From: Andalucia godoyi And28
Taxonomy: Eukaryota; Protista; Jakobida
Assembly: GCA_009859145.1 (NCBI GenBank)
Contig: VRVR01000041.1
Span: forward strand, 81,266 to 145,265
DNA: 64,000 nucleotides
Direction of reading: 5' to 3'
Shown here piece after piece: positions 45,801 through 54,266 of this stretch. The translations under genes and the position numbers were made by a program. The notes beneath the pieces were generated by a model, which was given only the letters and a program-made list of their open reading frames with translations, was not told the DNA's origin and did no database searches. Each line of letters opens with the position of its first letter. Position 1 is the first letter of the stretch.

Positions 45801-48800
45801 CGTCGGTGGATGCAATTCGTCCGATTGCCGCTGCTTCCTCCGCAGTCGGCGAGTTTTTGGCACCTGCTAGAAGCTCTGTGGATCGCTGGCCGTCTCATTC
45901 CCCTGTTTCCGTGTGGTTGTCGCCTGAAAACGCCTCGATTGCAAACTATACTGCAGCATGTAGTTGCGCATCGACCCACGAAGGTGCCCTTTGCGATCAG
46001 CTGAAGCCACCTGAGGGGTCCATCGCTTTAGGGCCGGTGGGGTCTGCGGGGGCTGTTGTCGGTGGAGGAGCTGCTGCAGCATCTGCAATTTCTGGCGGAG
46101 GGTCGTGGCTGATGCTGTTGTTTTGGATGTTGGATCGTATTGTGCGTGTTTTCCAGATCAATGCTAATTTTCCCGATTGGTATATTTACACGATGCATAA
46201 TATGCAAATTGAACTTCGTTCCTTGTTGCCATACCAGATCTTCCCGTCGTTCGTCAGCGAGGACATTGTTGATCAGAGTCCCGATGTGTACACAGACCCA
46301 GTGCTTCCCCACTATGACAAGACTGTCGCTCAAACGTACATCAGCATTTTTCCTGCAATGTTTGGTGAGTCTGTAGACAACTTTATTTCTACTGTGATCG
46401 TCCTTTCGGGTGTTATTGTGGTGGTCGAATTGTTTTACAACGTGATCTTGCGCCATTTCCACTTACCACATGTCATCGTGGAGTCCCAGTTGCAGAATAT
46501 TGTGTGGGTTTTCTTGTGGGGTTCCTTTTTTGCACCTTTTTATGCATTGTCCCTGGCGTGTTGGACGGCCATCGCACAGAACAATTCCAGCGACATTGTT
46601 GGTGCGTCTCTGTGCCTCGTCTTTTTCTCCTTCGGCGTGATAATCTCTGTTGCCCTATTCTTGTGGATCTGGAAAAAGGCGTTTTTGCGGATAATGGCAG
46701 TCTACCTTCCTGCTATTGGCCATGTACGTTCACGAGACGCAAAAAAAGGCGCCGGGCATCGAAAGGACAGCGCGTCCACGGAACTGATCGCATCCGGGTC
46801 TGGTGACTACATGAGTGATGAAAAGGGTGCCAAAGACCTGGAGCGTGGTGGTGGTGCTCGTGACGACGATGAATCATCGTACGCGACTGCCGTTGGCGAC
46901 CAATCTCACACCCACCAAGTGTCTACCTCGGGGTCCATCAACTCCCTGACGAATGAGCCACCAATTGCAACGACTCCTACGATGGGAGCATCCGGGACTG
47001 GGACTCCGATTGCTTCTCGCGCAACATCTCGACGGAACAGTTTAACGAGCAGTTCGCAGAATCTGTTGCTGAGGAAAGGCTCGATGGACAAAGAAAAAAC
47101 GAGCGGTGGAAAGAGTTACGAATCGGATCGATGGGATTTCATTGCCAAGAACATTCTGCTTCAGAGTGCCATGAAGCCAAAGAAACCAGCAGGGTCGACC
47201 ATCGATTCTGCAGGCTTATCTGTACGCCTTCTCTCCGACGACTCAAGCCAGATCGATGCGACTGTTCCTGCAGTGTCGAGCCCTTCGCCGACTCCCGTGC
47301 GAATCAGCACGACTGGGCGGAAGCAGTCAGGGGGTGACGGAAGCGGATACAGCAGCAGTGTTGCAAGCTCAGCTGGTTCTCAAGGAAGTGTCGGCGCCGC
47401 TGCCCCTCCTGCATATGGAAGCAGCATTGCATCGAGTTACACGAGCAATGCATCGTCCGCGAAGTCAGCAGCAACCGATGGGGCCGGAAATGCAGTCTCC
47501 CCGGTTGCTGGGGAACATGCAAGTGCACATGAATTGACCGCACAAAAGAATGCGTTGGACGCATCCGGCGAGCCAATAGTGACGGATGCGAGCGACCAAG
47601 CCTTGGCATCGAGTGGATCGGCATCGTCGCTGGAGGTGCAGTCTCTGGACCATTTTCGATCCTTCTTTTTGCGGACGTTTTTTGCGATGGGATTTTGTTT
47701 GTCGTCAACCATCGAGCCACACGCCATCTTCCTTATTCCCGTAGAGATGGCGAAGTTGCTCATTGACTCCGCCATCATTGCCCTGTTGCAATCCAACCCG
47801 ATTGCACAGGTGATCTTGCTGATTCTCGTGCAGGTATGCATGTCCTCGTTTCTCATGTACTTGCGACCCTTTGATAGCTGGCACGAAATCTGTGTGGCGG
47901 TCATTACCGACTCCTCTGACTTTCTGCAGCTCTTTCTTGTGCTGGGAATCCAAGTAACGGGCGATGCGACCACGCGTGAAAACACGACACAAGCATTGTT
48001 TTACTTGCAATTAGGAACCATTCTCCTTGTCCTGTTTTTCCTTGTCCTGAATGTCATTCTGACCGTGATTGAACTGGTTGGCGCAACCCATCGTCGCGTC
48101 CGTGCATGGCTGCGATCTCGCGCAAACCGAAAGTCCAGTGCCAAACAGAGCATCACTTCGCAGCAACAGCGCGATCGGCGACTGACTGTGCCTGCTGTGA
48201 AAGTAGAATCCTTTGTCACACCGCGAAACTCGGTTCTTCTCACGCAGACAGCATCCTCCGCAGCAGCAGTGGGTGTTGCAGCACCATCTTCTGCATCGAG
48301 TATCTCCTCTGGACCTGCGGCTGGTGCGAGTACTGGCTCTCGAGAGGAGCGGGCATCGAACCGCATCGACCCCCTGTCTTCTGATTTCTTGACTGCATCT
48401 TCCCAAGTTCACATGCTTGTTACCCGCCGTGATCTCCATTCGCAGCAAAAGAAGCACATTCTCAGGTTGTGGTGGTCTCAAGTCTGCGAGTCTCTTGGTG
48501 TCAGCAGTGGTACCATTCCAATCGAGTCCAATTTGGTTTCTCTCGCCGCAAGCGAGCAGCAGCTCCAAGAGTCTTCTTCATCATCTGCAGCGTCTTCGTT
48601 CTCTGCAAATGAGGACCCGATGTTTGCCTCTCCCCCTACAATGTCTTCTGCTTCTTCCGCCTCCACCTCTGCAACGACGTTTGGAAATCGTCGTCTGCAG
48701 CCTCTTCAGGTGCAGTCTTCTACCGCAATGGAGCTTCCGGCTGGATTCCCGGTTCCAGAGACCGAGAATGAGCGTCGTCTGTTGATTCTTGCCAAGATGA

Positions 48801-49240
48801 TCCGACTGCGATACGTTCAACTTCTGTCTACTCTGTCGCCTGCGATCTCCACCACCGACGACAGTTCTCATTCATCAACAACTTCAGGTGGTGGCTTGAT
48901 CACACCAACACCAGGATCGTCATCGGTATCGTCGCCAATGCTGCTTTCGGTGCCGATTCATTCGAGCTCGGGGCGCACCAAGAGCTCGAACGCTCGTAAT
49001 CCGTTGGCGGTTACTCTTCCGCCTGTTCGACCTTCGTTTGTTACGTCGTCGTCGTCGTCTGCGGGGTCTTCGTCTGGTGATGGAGCTTCGGCTGCCGACT
49101 CGCTGCGAAGCAGCCCGCGGAATCAAGTGGAATCCAGTGGAAACTTCATGCAGTCCGCATCCACAAGCACGACTCCGATCAATATTCCTGCCAATTCCAA
49201 TGCGGCACCTGCAGCAACTGACTACCCTCGACATTCCTGA
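42875..49240 (+). CDS. 2121-aa surface protein: signal peptide, GGA(I/V)/FxxN beta-helix repeats, EGF-like domains, multi-TM module
   Basis: Many GGAVY/GGAI/F..N motifs, CNGNGVC..GNGTCFC and CSGHGSC EGF-like units, several hydrophobic helices in the C-terminal half. Confidence 0.8.
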   Translation: MLKFPICIAILVSLLLLLSSPRTVTLVVGADITVSPASDIASVASLAASGDTLLFSPGTYNLTAPIVVTSKTLIFRAQGPSAKASHLLVAVNADVSIRISGSSASLTIVGLSFTGAVAFPVIQSSADASLSVQDAFFYENAVPTSLFGSAVDFSSFSFLGSLAISSTFFEGHIAQTGGTVAVRGASQVQITGNTLFSQSSSLAGSGGALYVQNASSFEWSLTPYPVFPATSDEVTVGAMNCFAAGSGGAVYLENVKNVSLSGGMFTGANATVFGGLVAIAVKSDLPSSLPFSLSILQTAFVNSTALFAGGAVFVGPVEAFRLTDVSSGLNWVVPSILQSVASLGAFSSSADAIVTIASSKFFSSLTTDATNGTAGSFAVLMPSTLRISSSSFVRGHAPRIGGMFAIAPYSTVSVSGCYFEAANYFGLVSTVYTPDNSGGVFWVGKHSSMNISNSDFFLTGAVYRGGTIFMDSNTTIRISSVTSKNSFIHAQYESAIVQGKSSGGFLYIGPGSVASLDNATISVGFAVAMGGAVFADADVSLDIRNSQFLYFQVALFGGGGVAAYSSASVSIQNSLFFKCRSNAGAGGVLLYMVTGNILVSGNTFLENAASNIQRGILRGYGGGMHVFAIGDGHLSFANNNFSGNTAMDGNGGGLSLVVLCNSSLPSRQVYISSAIFTQNSVGYYGAGLYVESQSIGSPPSSSALCTSLRVVGTSFTSNRAFHVNNYGYTTEGRGAGLFVTSLSATSIDSSVFTSNRAAYAGGAISLQYGSTNLTVTNSVFQYNSIGLVNPVQPTGGAVNLADSPNSLFVFQNVTFLNNRWASDALVKNETIPVATMSNRLTFNAISASSSTPTSSFVLSSVRVSPCYQSMIPRSLQVDLKICTHCDFPAIEYGYACDDCPSLVSVDSSSSMLPCNGNGVCFGDVTGNGTCFCDFSNGFYGYNCSNRCPVSAANGLICSGHGSCVVTISIANAVGISSVDAIRPIAAASSAVGEFLAPARSSVDRWPSHSPVSVWLSPENASIANYTAACSCASTHEGALCDQLKPPEGSIALGPVGSAGAVVGGGAAAASAISGGGSWLMLLFWMLDRIVRVFQINANFPDWYIYTMHNMQIELRSLLPYQIFPSFVSEDIVDQSPDVYTDPVLPHYDKTVAQTYISIFPAMFGESVDNFISTVIVLSGVIVVVELFYNVILRHFHLPHVIVESQLQNIVWVFLWGSFFAPFYALSLACWTAIAQNNSSDIVGASLCLVFFSFGVIISVALFLWIWKKAFLRIMAVYLPAIGHVRSRDAKKGAGHRKDSASTELIASGSGDYMSDEKGAKDLERGGGARDDDESSYATAVGDQSHTHQVSTSGSINSLTNEPPIATTPTMGASGTGTPIASRATSRRNSLTSSSQNLLLRKGSMDKEKTSGGKSYESDRWDFIAKNILLQSAMKPKKPAGSTIDSAGLSVRLLSDDSSQIDATVPAVSSPSPTPVRISTTGRKQSGGDGSGYSSSVASSAGSQGSVGAAAPPAYGSSIASSYTSNASSAKSAATDGAGNAVSPVAGEHASAHELTAQKNALDASGEPIVTDASDQALASSGSASSLEVQSLDHFRSFFLRTFFAMGFCLSSTIEPHAIFLIPVEMAKLLIDSAIIALLQSNPIAQVILLILVQVCMSSFLMYLRPFDSWHEICVAVITDSSDFLQLFLVLGIQVTGDATTRENTTQALFYLQLGTILLVLFFLVLNVILTVIELVGATHRRVRAWLRSRANRKSSAKQSITSQQQRDRRLTVPAVKVESFVTPRNSVLLTQTASSAAAVGVAAPSSASSISSGPAAGASTGSREERASNRIDPLSSDFLTASSQVHMLVTRRDLHSQQKKHILRLWWSQVCESLGVSSGTIPIESNLVSLAASEQQLQESSSSSAASSFSANEDPMFASPPTMSSASSASTSATTFGNRRLQPLQVQSSTAMELPAGFPVPETENERRLLILAKMIRLRYVQLLSTLSPAISTTDDSSHSSTTSGGGLITPTPGSSSVSSPMLLSVPIHSSSGRTKSSNARNPLAVTLPPVRPSFVTSSSSSAGSSSGDGASAADSLRSSPRNQVESSGNFMQSASTSTTPINIPANSNAAPAATDYPRHS

Positions 49241-49494
49241 GGCCCACATCTCTCTCTTTTGTTATTGAAAGTTCTTGTAAAATGTTGTCTTTCTTCACGA
49301 TTGGACCGCGACGGTGTACTCCTTTGACCGCATATAGTGCAGTAACTAACGTTTTCATGCCCTTCGACTGCTGTAGTTGCATTCTCTTCGATCTAATTGT
49401 TGTGTATGTTTTAAAGAAGCTCCGTCCATTTTTTTAGTTTGCAAAACAACAACGGTGGCCACAACAACAACAACAACATCATCATCACACACAC

Positions 49495-49498
<4 letters not shown>

Positions 49499-49577
<79 letters not shown>
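49499..49577. repeat. (AG)39 microsatellite
   Basis: Read directly. Confidence 0.95.
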
Positions 49578-49579
<2 letters not shown>

Positions 49580-49692
49580 AAAAGGCAGAAATTTCTGTAT
49601 TGTATCTGACACCTATCGTACGTTTGGTTGTTGATAGGCGTTACACCTAAGTGCACATAAGTGAGGCCACAAAAAAAAAAGGGAAAGCATAC

Positions 49693-50466
49693 ATGTCTGC
49701 ATCTTTGGTTTCGGCTTCAGTTTCGATCGCGGTTATGGCGGTCGTGTTGATGGGACTGACGGCGACGGTGCACGGCCATGTTTGTTTCTATCGGCCAATT
49801 GGGCGTCCCGATAAGGATGGGTCGATAATTTCCGACGCGGAATGGGCACTGTACAATAATACGGTCGGACCTCTTGCACGATGCCGACGGAACATCAATG
49901 TGTCCCCGTTTGAGAATGCAGACTCCGCCCAGTATGGGTCGGTGTGTGGCGGGAATTCTAACCATCCGTATCTGAACGGCAACAATGCTTGGAACACACC
50001 CGTCACGACATTGGCGGCCGAAAACATCATTTCTGCGGGATCGACCTACTCAATTTGGATTTTGCTGAATGTCGCGCATCCCGATACGTCCAATGCCCGC
50101 TCTTCTTACATTTACGTGGACATGGCAGCCACCTCTACGCCGTCTCAGTTCTCCGATTTCTCTCCCATTGCGGTCATCCCGCTCGAGCCAAACTCGACAA
50201 TTCCCAACCAGCACATCCGGTACGACTGGCAGGTCCCTGCCACTTGGAATGTCCCTCGCGGGGTCCTGCGAATCTCCTATCTCACTGCTCTGACCGCAGC
50301 AGGCGGCCTTGTACCGCACCCTGCAGCATCCGGAATCTCCAACGTGTATACATCATGTGCAGACATTTCCCTCAATGGCATCACCATCAATGCGTCAGCC
50401 CCAGCTTCGCCCTCTTTATGCGTCCTCTTCCTCTTTTTGATTCTGGTTGTTTCTTTGTTTTCATGA
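49693..50466 (+). CDS. Secreted, probably GPI-anchored LPMO-like (His-brace) protein
   Basis: Signal peptide ending VHG|H-V-C-F-Y-R-P (His codon at 49777), CGG, second His in NVAHP, YTSCADI, and a hydrophobic C-terminal tail. Confidence 0.65.
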   Translation: MSASLVSASVSIAVMAVVLMGLTATVHGHVCFYRPIGRPDKDGSIISDAEWALYNNTVGPLARCRRNINVSPFENADSAQYGSVCGGNSNHPYLNGNNAWNTPVTTLAAENIISAGSTYSIWILLNVAHPDTSNARSSYIYVDMAATSTPSQFSDFSPIAVIPLEPNSTIPNQHIRYDWQVPATWNVPRGVLRISYLTALTAAGGLVPHPAASGISNVYTSCADISLNGITINASAPASPSLCVLFLFLILVVSLFS

Positions 50467-50641
50467 GTTTCGGGGTTTCTTCTTCTTCTTCTTCGTCTTC
50501 ACTTTCAAATAGAGAATGTGGGCGCTGTTTCACGGCAATGTACTTGTTTTGTGCTTCAGGGGGGTTTTGTGTGGCTGGAGTTTTTGATCGTTTTGATTGT
50601 TAATGAATAAATTGAAATAATGGAAGAGCCCTAAACGATTA

Positions 50642-51170
50642 AAATTACTGCCCTTCAACACATCAGCGCACACCTCTGTCGCTCCCGCAGCCGTCTTGTT
50701 CAGAATTTCATTTCATTTCATTTTTTTTCTTGTCCAAAAGACACTTTTGATTCGGCAACAGCACCAATCCACTGAGCATTTCTGCGCTGGGCGATTGGCG
50801 AGTCTGCACAGCAACAACGTGAAACCCATTATGTTGACATCGAAACAATAGTATAGACACAAATGTATCAGCAAACAGTGTCATTCGCGTCGTGTTCTAC
50901 TGAAACGGAAGGGCACATTCTCAACCTGCAAGAATGATGCGGAATTCAGTGTGACCTACGAGGAGCATGTGCGGAGGAGGACCACCGCAATCGTCCGGAA
51001 GTGATGTACGCATGCATTCCTTATTCATCTTGCCATTGTCCAGAACTGCTGATGCTATTGGCAGAAAGACACGACCCGGATCAAGACCGATCATTCTTGC
51101 GTTGGTCGGCAAACCAGGCTTTACATTTTTGCAGTTTGCACACAATATTGTTCCAATCCTTTTGGTCAAA
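50642..51170 (-). pseudogene. Compressed TnpB/Fanzor-like relic (copy 5) with 3' tail
   Basis: RIGTILC...RMIGLDPGRVF (DPG at 51082-51074), HHFRTIAVVLLRT (51010-50971, other frame), HMLLVGHTEFRIIL (50971-50930), MCPSVSVEHDAN (50918-50883). The tail at 50807-50642 is repeated at 55666-55508. Confidence 0.65.
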
Positions 51171-51204
51171 TAATATTGTTATTAAAAATTAAATATCACA
51201 CTTG

Positions 51205-51600
51205 CGGCTAGCCCCTCGCCAAAACATGAATCAGTATTGATCATCGGCCTGGCTGTCCCCGAAGACAAGATCCCAAGCCACGTGTTTTTAGTTGGAGGTG
51301 AGCACCAACTCTTCAGTGCAAATTGCTCTGCATCAGAGGGTCGTCGCAGCCACCAGTTTCTTGGTTCTCGGCATCGTCGGGCATGGCCGGTTTGAGTTTG
51401 TTGGGGAGATCCCTCTTTGGAGCCATGCGATGCTTTGTCGTTGATGAAAGGTGCTGCTTGAGGGCTCGATAGATAAAACGAACAAACAGAAGAAAAAATG
51501 GTAGAAAGAAGAAGAAAAGAAGTGAAGAATGAAGAAAATTCTGAAAAGAAATCTTTGTGCTTTTAAAAAAACTTCCGGTATGGTATTGTTTGATGTTCAA
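51205..51600 (+). pseudogene. 5'-truncated copy of relic 3 (copy 6)
   Basis: Inverted DNA homology to about 28410-28830, including a 55/55 identical block (51373-51427 vs 28584-28638) and an 80/81 block (51519-51599 vs 28410-28490). Confidence 0.7.
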
Positions 51601-51702
51601 CGTTAATACACAAAACGGCTAGCCGTCGAATAATAACATGTCGTTGTCATGCATACGGAAGTATCCATAAACAGACACACAGTCAATGCTGGTCGACACT
51701 AG

Positions 51703-52310
51703 CACGTTTGTTTTCAGGGAATTCGTGATACAGGGCCTCCTAGGTCCCGCAGATCTACTAAGAGACCACGTGCCACTACGCCTACCGCCTCTTCCTCTCG
51801 TATCTCCAGGTGCATCAATCGCGCTGCAACTGAGGACACGAAAGCGCCTGCTGCTAGGGCCGTCAGAATCAAAATGCACCCTTCTCAGGAACAACGTGTC
51901 ACGCTGAGAAAGTGGCCCACGGATTGATCGAGATTGAGGACGGAGCGCGGAACATTTATCTGAAGAACGCCGTGAGGCGTGTTAGGGGGCCTATCCCCTT
52001 CCCGGCAGCGGGATGCAAGATTGAATATGCATGTTCGGTGTATAATGTAGACGTCGAGGGCGTGCGCAAAATCTGTGCCGACAACAGTGGTGGGAGGGGT
52101 CTTCTAGTGTCGTTCAAGTCGTCTTTAATGTAGTCCTTTTTGACCCTTCTATCTTCCAATTACCAGGCTCCCGCACTCACGCGTGTCGTTTACTCCATTC
52201 TCACCGAATCTCCTACACTTTGCAGTTCAGTAATCCGAGAACCTGAAAGCAAAACTTTTCCTGGGCTGCACATGCACATGTGTATCGTTGAATTCCGAAG
52301 ACTGGGATTG
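51703..52310 (+). pseudogene. N-terminal half of a TnpB/Fanzor2-like gene (copy 7)
   Basis: Basic disordered N-terminus, then RAVRIKMHPSQEQRVTLRKW (51856-51915), frameshift to DGARNIYLKNAV (from 51939), LVSFKS, HMCIVEFRRLG; one frameshift and one internal stop. Confidence 0.7.
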
Positions 52311-52366
52311 ACGAGTTGTTGACGTTCCCCACTTTACGCACATTTACGCTCGATTACCGCTTCGCA

Positions 52367-54181
52367 ATGGCTTCGTGGATTGTTCCGTTAATTGGAGGGT
52401 TGTTTTTGTTGTTTGTGTTTTACGATGTGTTCCAAACCGTGTTTTTTGGAACGGGACCACTTGCGAAACAGATTGTTCGGTTGTTCCGTGTGATGATTGT
52501 GCTCAGCCGATGTCGATTTGCAAATGCTGTCAAGGCGTTCTTACCAGAACCTCGAAACACTGACGCTGACACGGGGTTTGAGATGCCGTTTCAACCATCG
52601 GATGATGTGTGGAGAGCGAACAAGAACTCTGCTGCGGCTTCTCAGGCCAGTGTTCCCGCGGCTGCGGTGTCGTCGGCATCCTCGTCCTCTTCTTCTCGCG
52701 GATCTTCTTCAACTCCTTCTGCCACGCAGGCCGGTGCTGCACCTGTTCCACCGACTTCCAGAGTGCATACCGGTTGGCCGCGTATCGTACTTGCTGGAAA
52801 GGACGTCTTTTATTTCGGAACGACGCTCCGTAGAACGTCAAATCACACATTCTTTGGACTCTCATGCGTAATACTTACCATTGTATTGTGGATCGGCCTC
52901 GTGTGGTTTTCGTGGACGTTGATTTTCTCAAATTCAAGAAGGTCGGCAGTCCGAGTATCGGGCTACTCAGCTTCTCAAGTAGCATCTATGACATTGGACA
53001 GTACCGGGAGTGCCAATGCAGAATCCGAGCCCTTATCAACAACTTTTTGGGAACGATTCTACTTTACAGGATGCGTATTGACGACACTTGGCTTTGGCGA
53101 TATAATACCCAACGATGAGTTCACGCAACTCATGTCATGCGTCTGTGCCTTTTCCGGACTCATCGTCGTTTCACTGTTGGTGACATACTTCACGCACGTC
53201 AGTCAAGACTTTGCCCAAGCAGAGCAGACGGCTCTGAAACTCTTTTGTCTCGGTTCGACGCCGTTTGACGTCCTAATTCAAGAGTGGTCTCCCTCCGAGC
53301 AAGACTACAAGGGGCTGTCGTATCAATTGGATGATTTCACATCCAGCATTTGCGCATATGCAATTCGAGTAAGACGAAACGCCCTCTTGACGATCCTCCG
53401 TTCTTCAGACCGTGCTTCGTCTCCTCTGCTGGCGCTCGGAATGCTTGAAGAGCTGATATTTCTGCTGAAATTCGGAATCAGGTACCCAAACCACCCAAGT
53501 GTTCATCTCTTTCGGACCTCGTCGATCCTTTCTGAGATTGCCCTGGTGCATGCGGCATCATCGCAGGGGGAACGGGAAAGGGAAGACTACCAAAGTGCGC
53601 ACGCTGAATCAAACACCAACACAAATGGAACTGACCGACACATAAGCAACAGCTCGAGTGAACCCAACGTCCAGACAAACCATCATCGCCCAGAAAACAT
53701 CGATAGCATGTTTGGTCGGAAAGGTTTCACCAGCATTCTAGGGTTTCCTGTGCAAAAGCTTGATCTGATGGGCAGATCGATCGATCAGCTGGTGTCCGCG
53801 TATTTTGAGGTGATTCCGACAAGCATCCGACGAAGGAGAGCCCAGGAAAATGTGACCCGACTTCACTCGCAAGCTCTCTCACCTCGTGTTCCGTCATTGA
53901 GACTTTTAGAAATGTACGGAATTCCTGTGGTTTCCGACGAGGAGTACATGAAAATGTTGCAGCGGCCCGAAATTCGTTCCCGAAGACTGCTTATGTGCTC
54001 CTTGCTGACACTGGAGGGATTCACATGGAATGATCTGTATGCGACAGCAGACCTGCGATTGGCATCACCGCTACTCTTGAGCTGCACATCTTCCAGCAGC
54101 GCTAGGAGAAGAAAAACAAGCCAAGAACTGCGAACGTCTCGGCTCATTCCGTCTGAAATTAGAAGAGTCGATTATCCGTAG
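52367..54181 (+). CDS. Prokaryote-type ion channel (Ion_trans_2-like pore domain)
   Basis: DVFQTVFFGTGPL, TIVLWIGLVWFSWTLIF, pore ERFYFTGCVLTTLGFGDIIP, GLIVVSLLVTY, LGSTP. Confidence 0.8.
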   Translation: MASWIVPLIGGLFLLFVFYDVFQTVFFGTGPLAKQIVRLFRVMIVLSRCRFANAVKAFLPEPRNTDADTGFEMPFQPSDDVWRANKNSAAASQASVPAAAVSSASSSSSSRGSSSTPSATQAGAAPVPPTSRVHTGWPRIVLAGKDVFYFGTTLRRTSNHTFFGLSCVILTIVLWIGLVWFSWTLIFSNSRRSAVRVSGYSASQVASMTLDSTGSANAESEPLSTTFWERFYFTGCVLTTLGFGDIIPNDEFTQLMSCVCAFSGLIVVSLLVTYFTHVSQDFAQAEQTALKLFCLGSTPFDVLIQEWSPSEQDYKGLSYQLDDFTSSICAYAIRVRRNALLTILRSSDRASSPLLALGMLEELIFLLKFGIRYPNHPSVHLFRTSSILSEIALVHAASSQGEREREDYQSAHAESNTNTNGTDRHISNSSSEPNVQTNHHRPENIDSMFGRKGFTSILGFPVQKLDLMGRSIDQLVSAYFEVIPTSIRRRRAQENVTRLHSQALSPRVPSLRLLEMYGIPVVSDEEYMKMLQRPEIRSRRLLMCSLLTLEGFTWNDLYATADLRLASPLLLSCTSSSSARRRKTSQELRTSRLIPSEIRRVDYP

Positions 54182-54266
54182 ATGGCCAGAACCCCCTACC
54201 CAGCGCATTATCCCCTGTGAAAGCCGCAAACCAAAGCGAAAAAGCAATAGCAGAGCAGAGCAGGGA

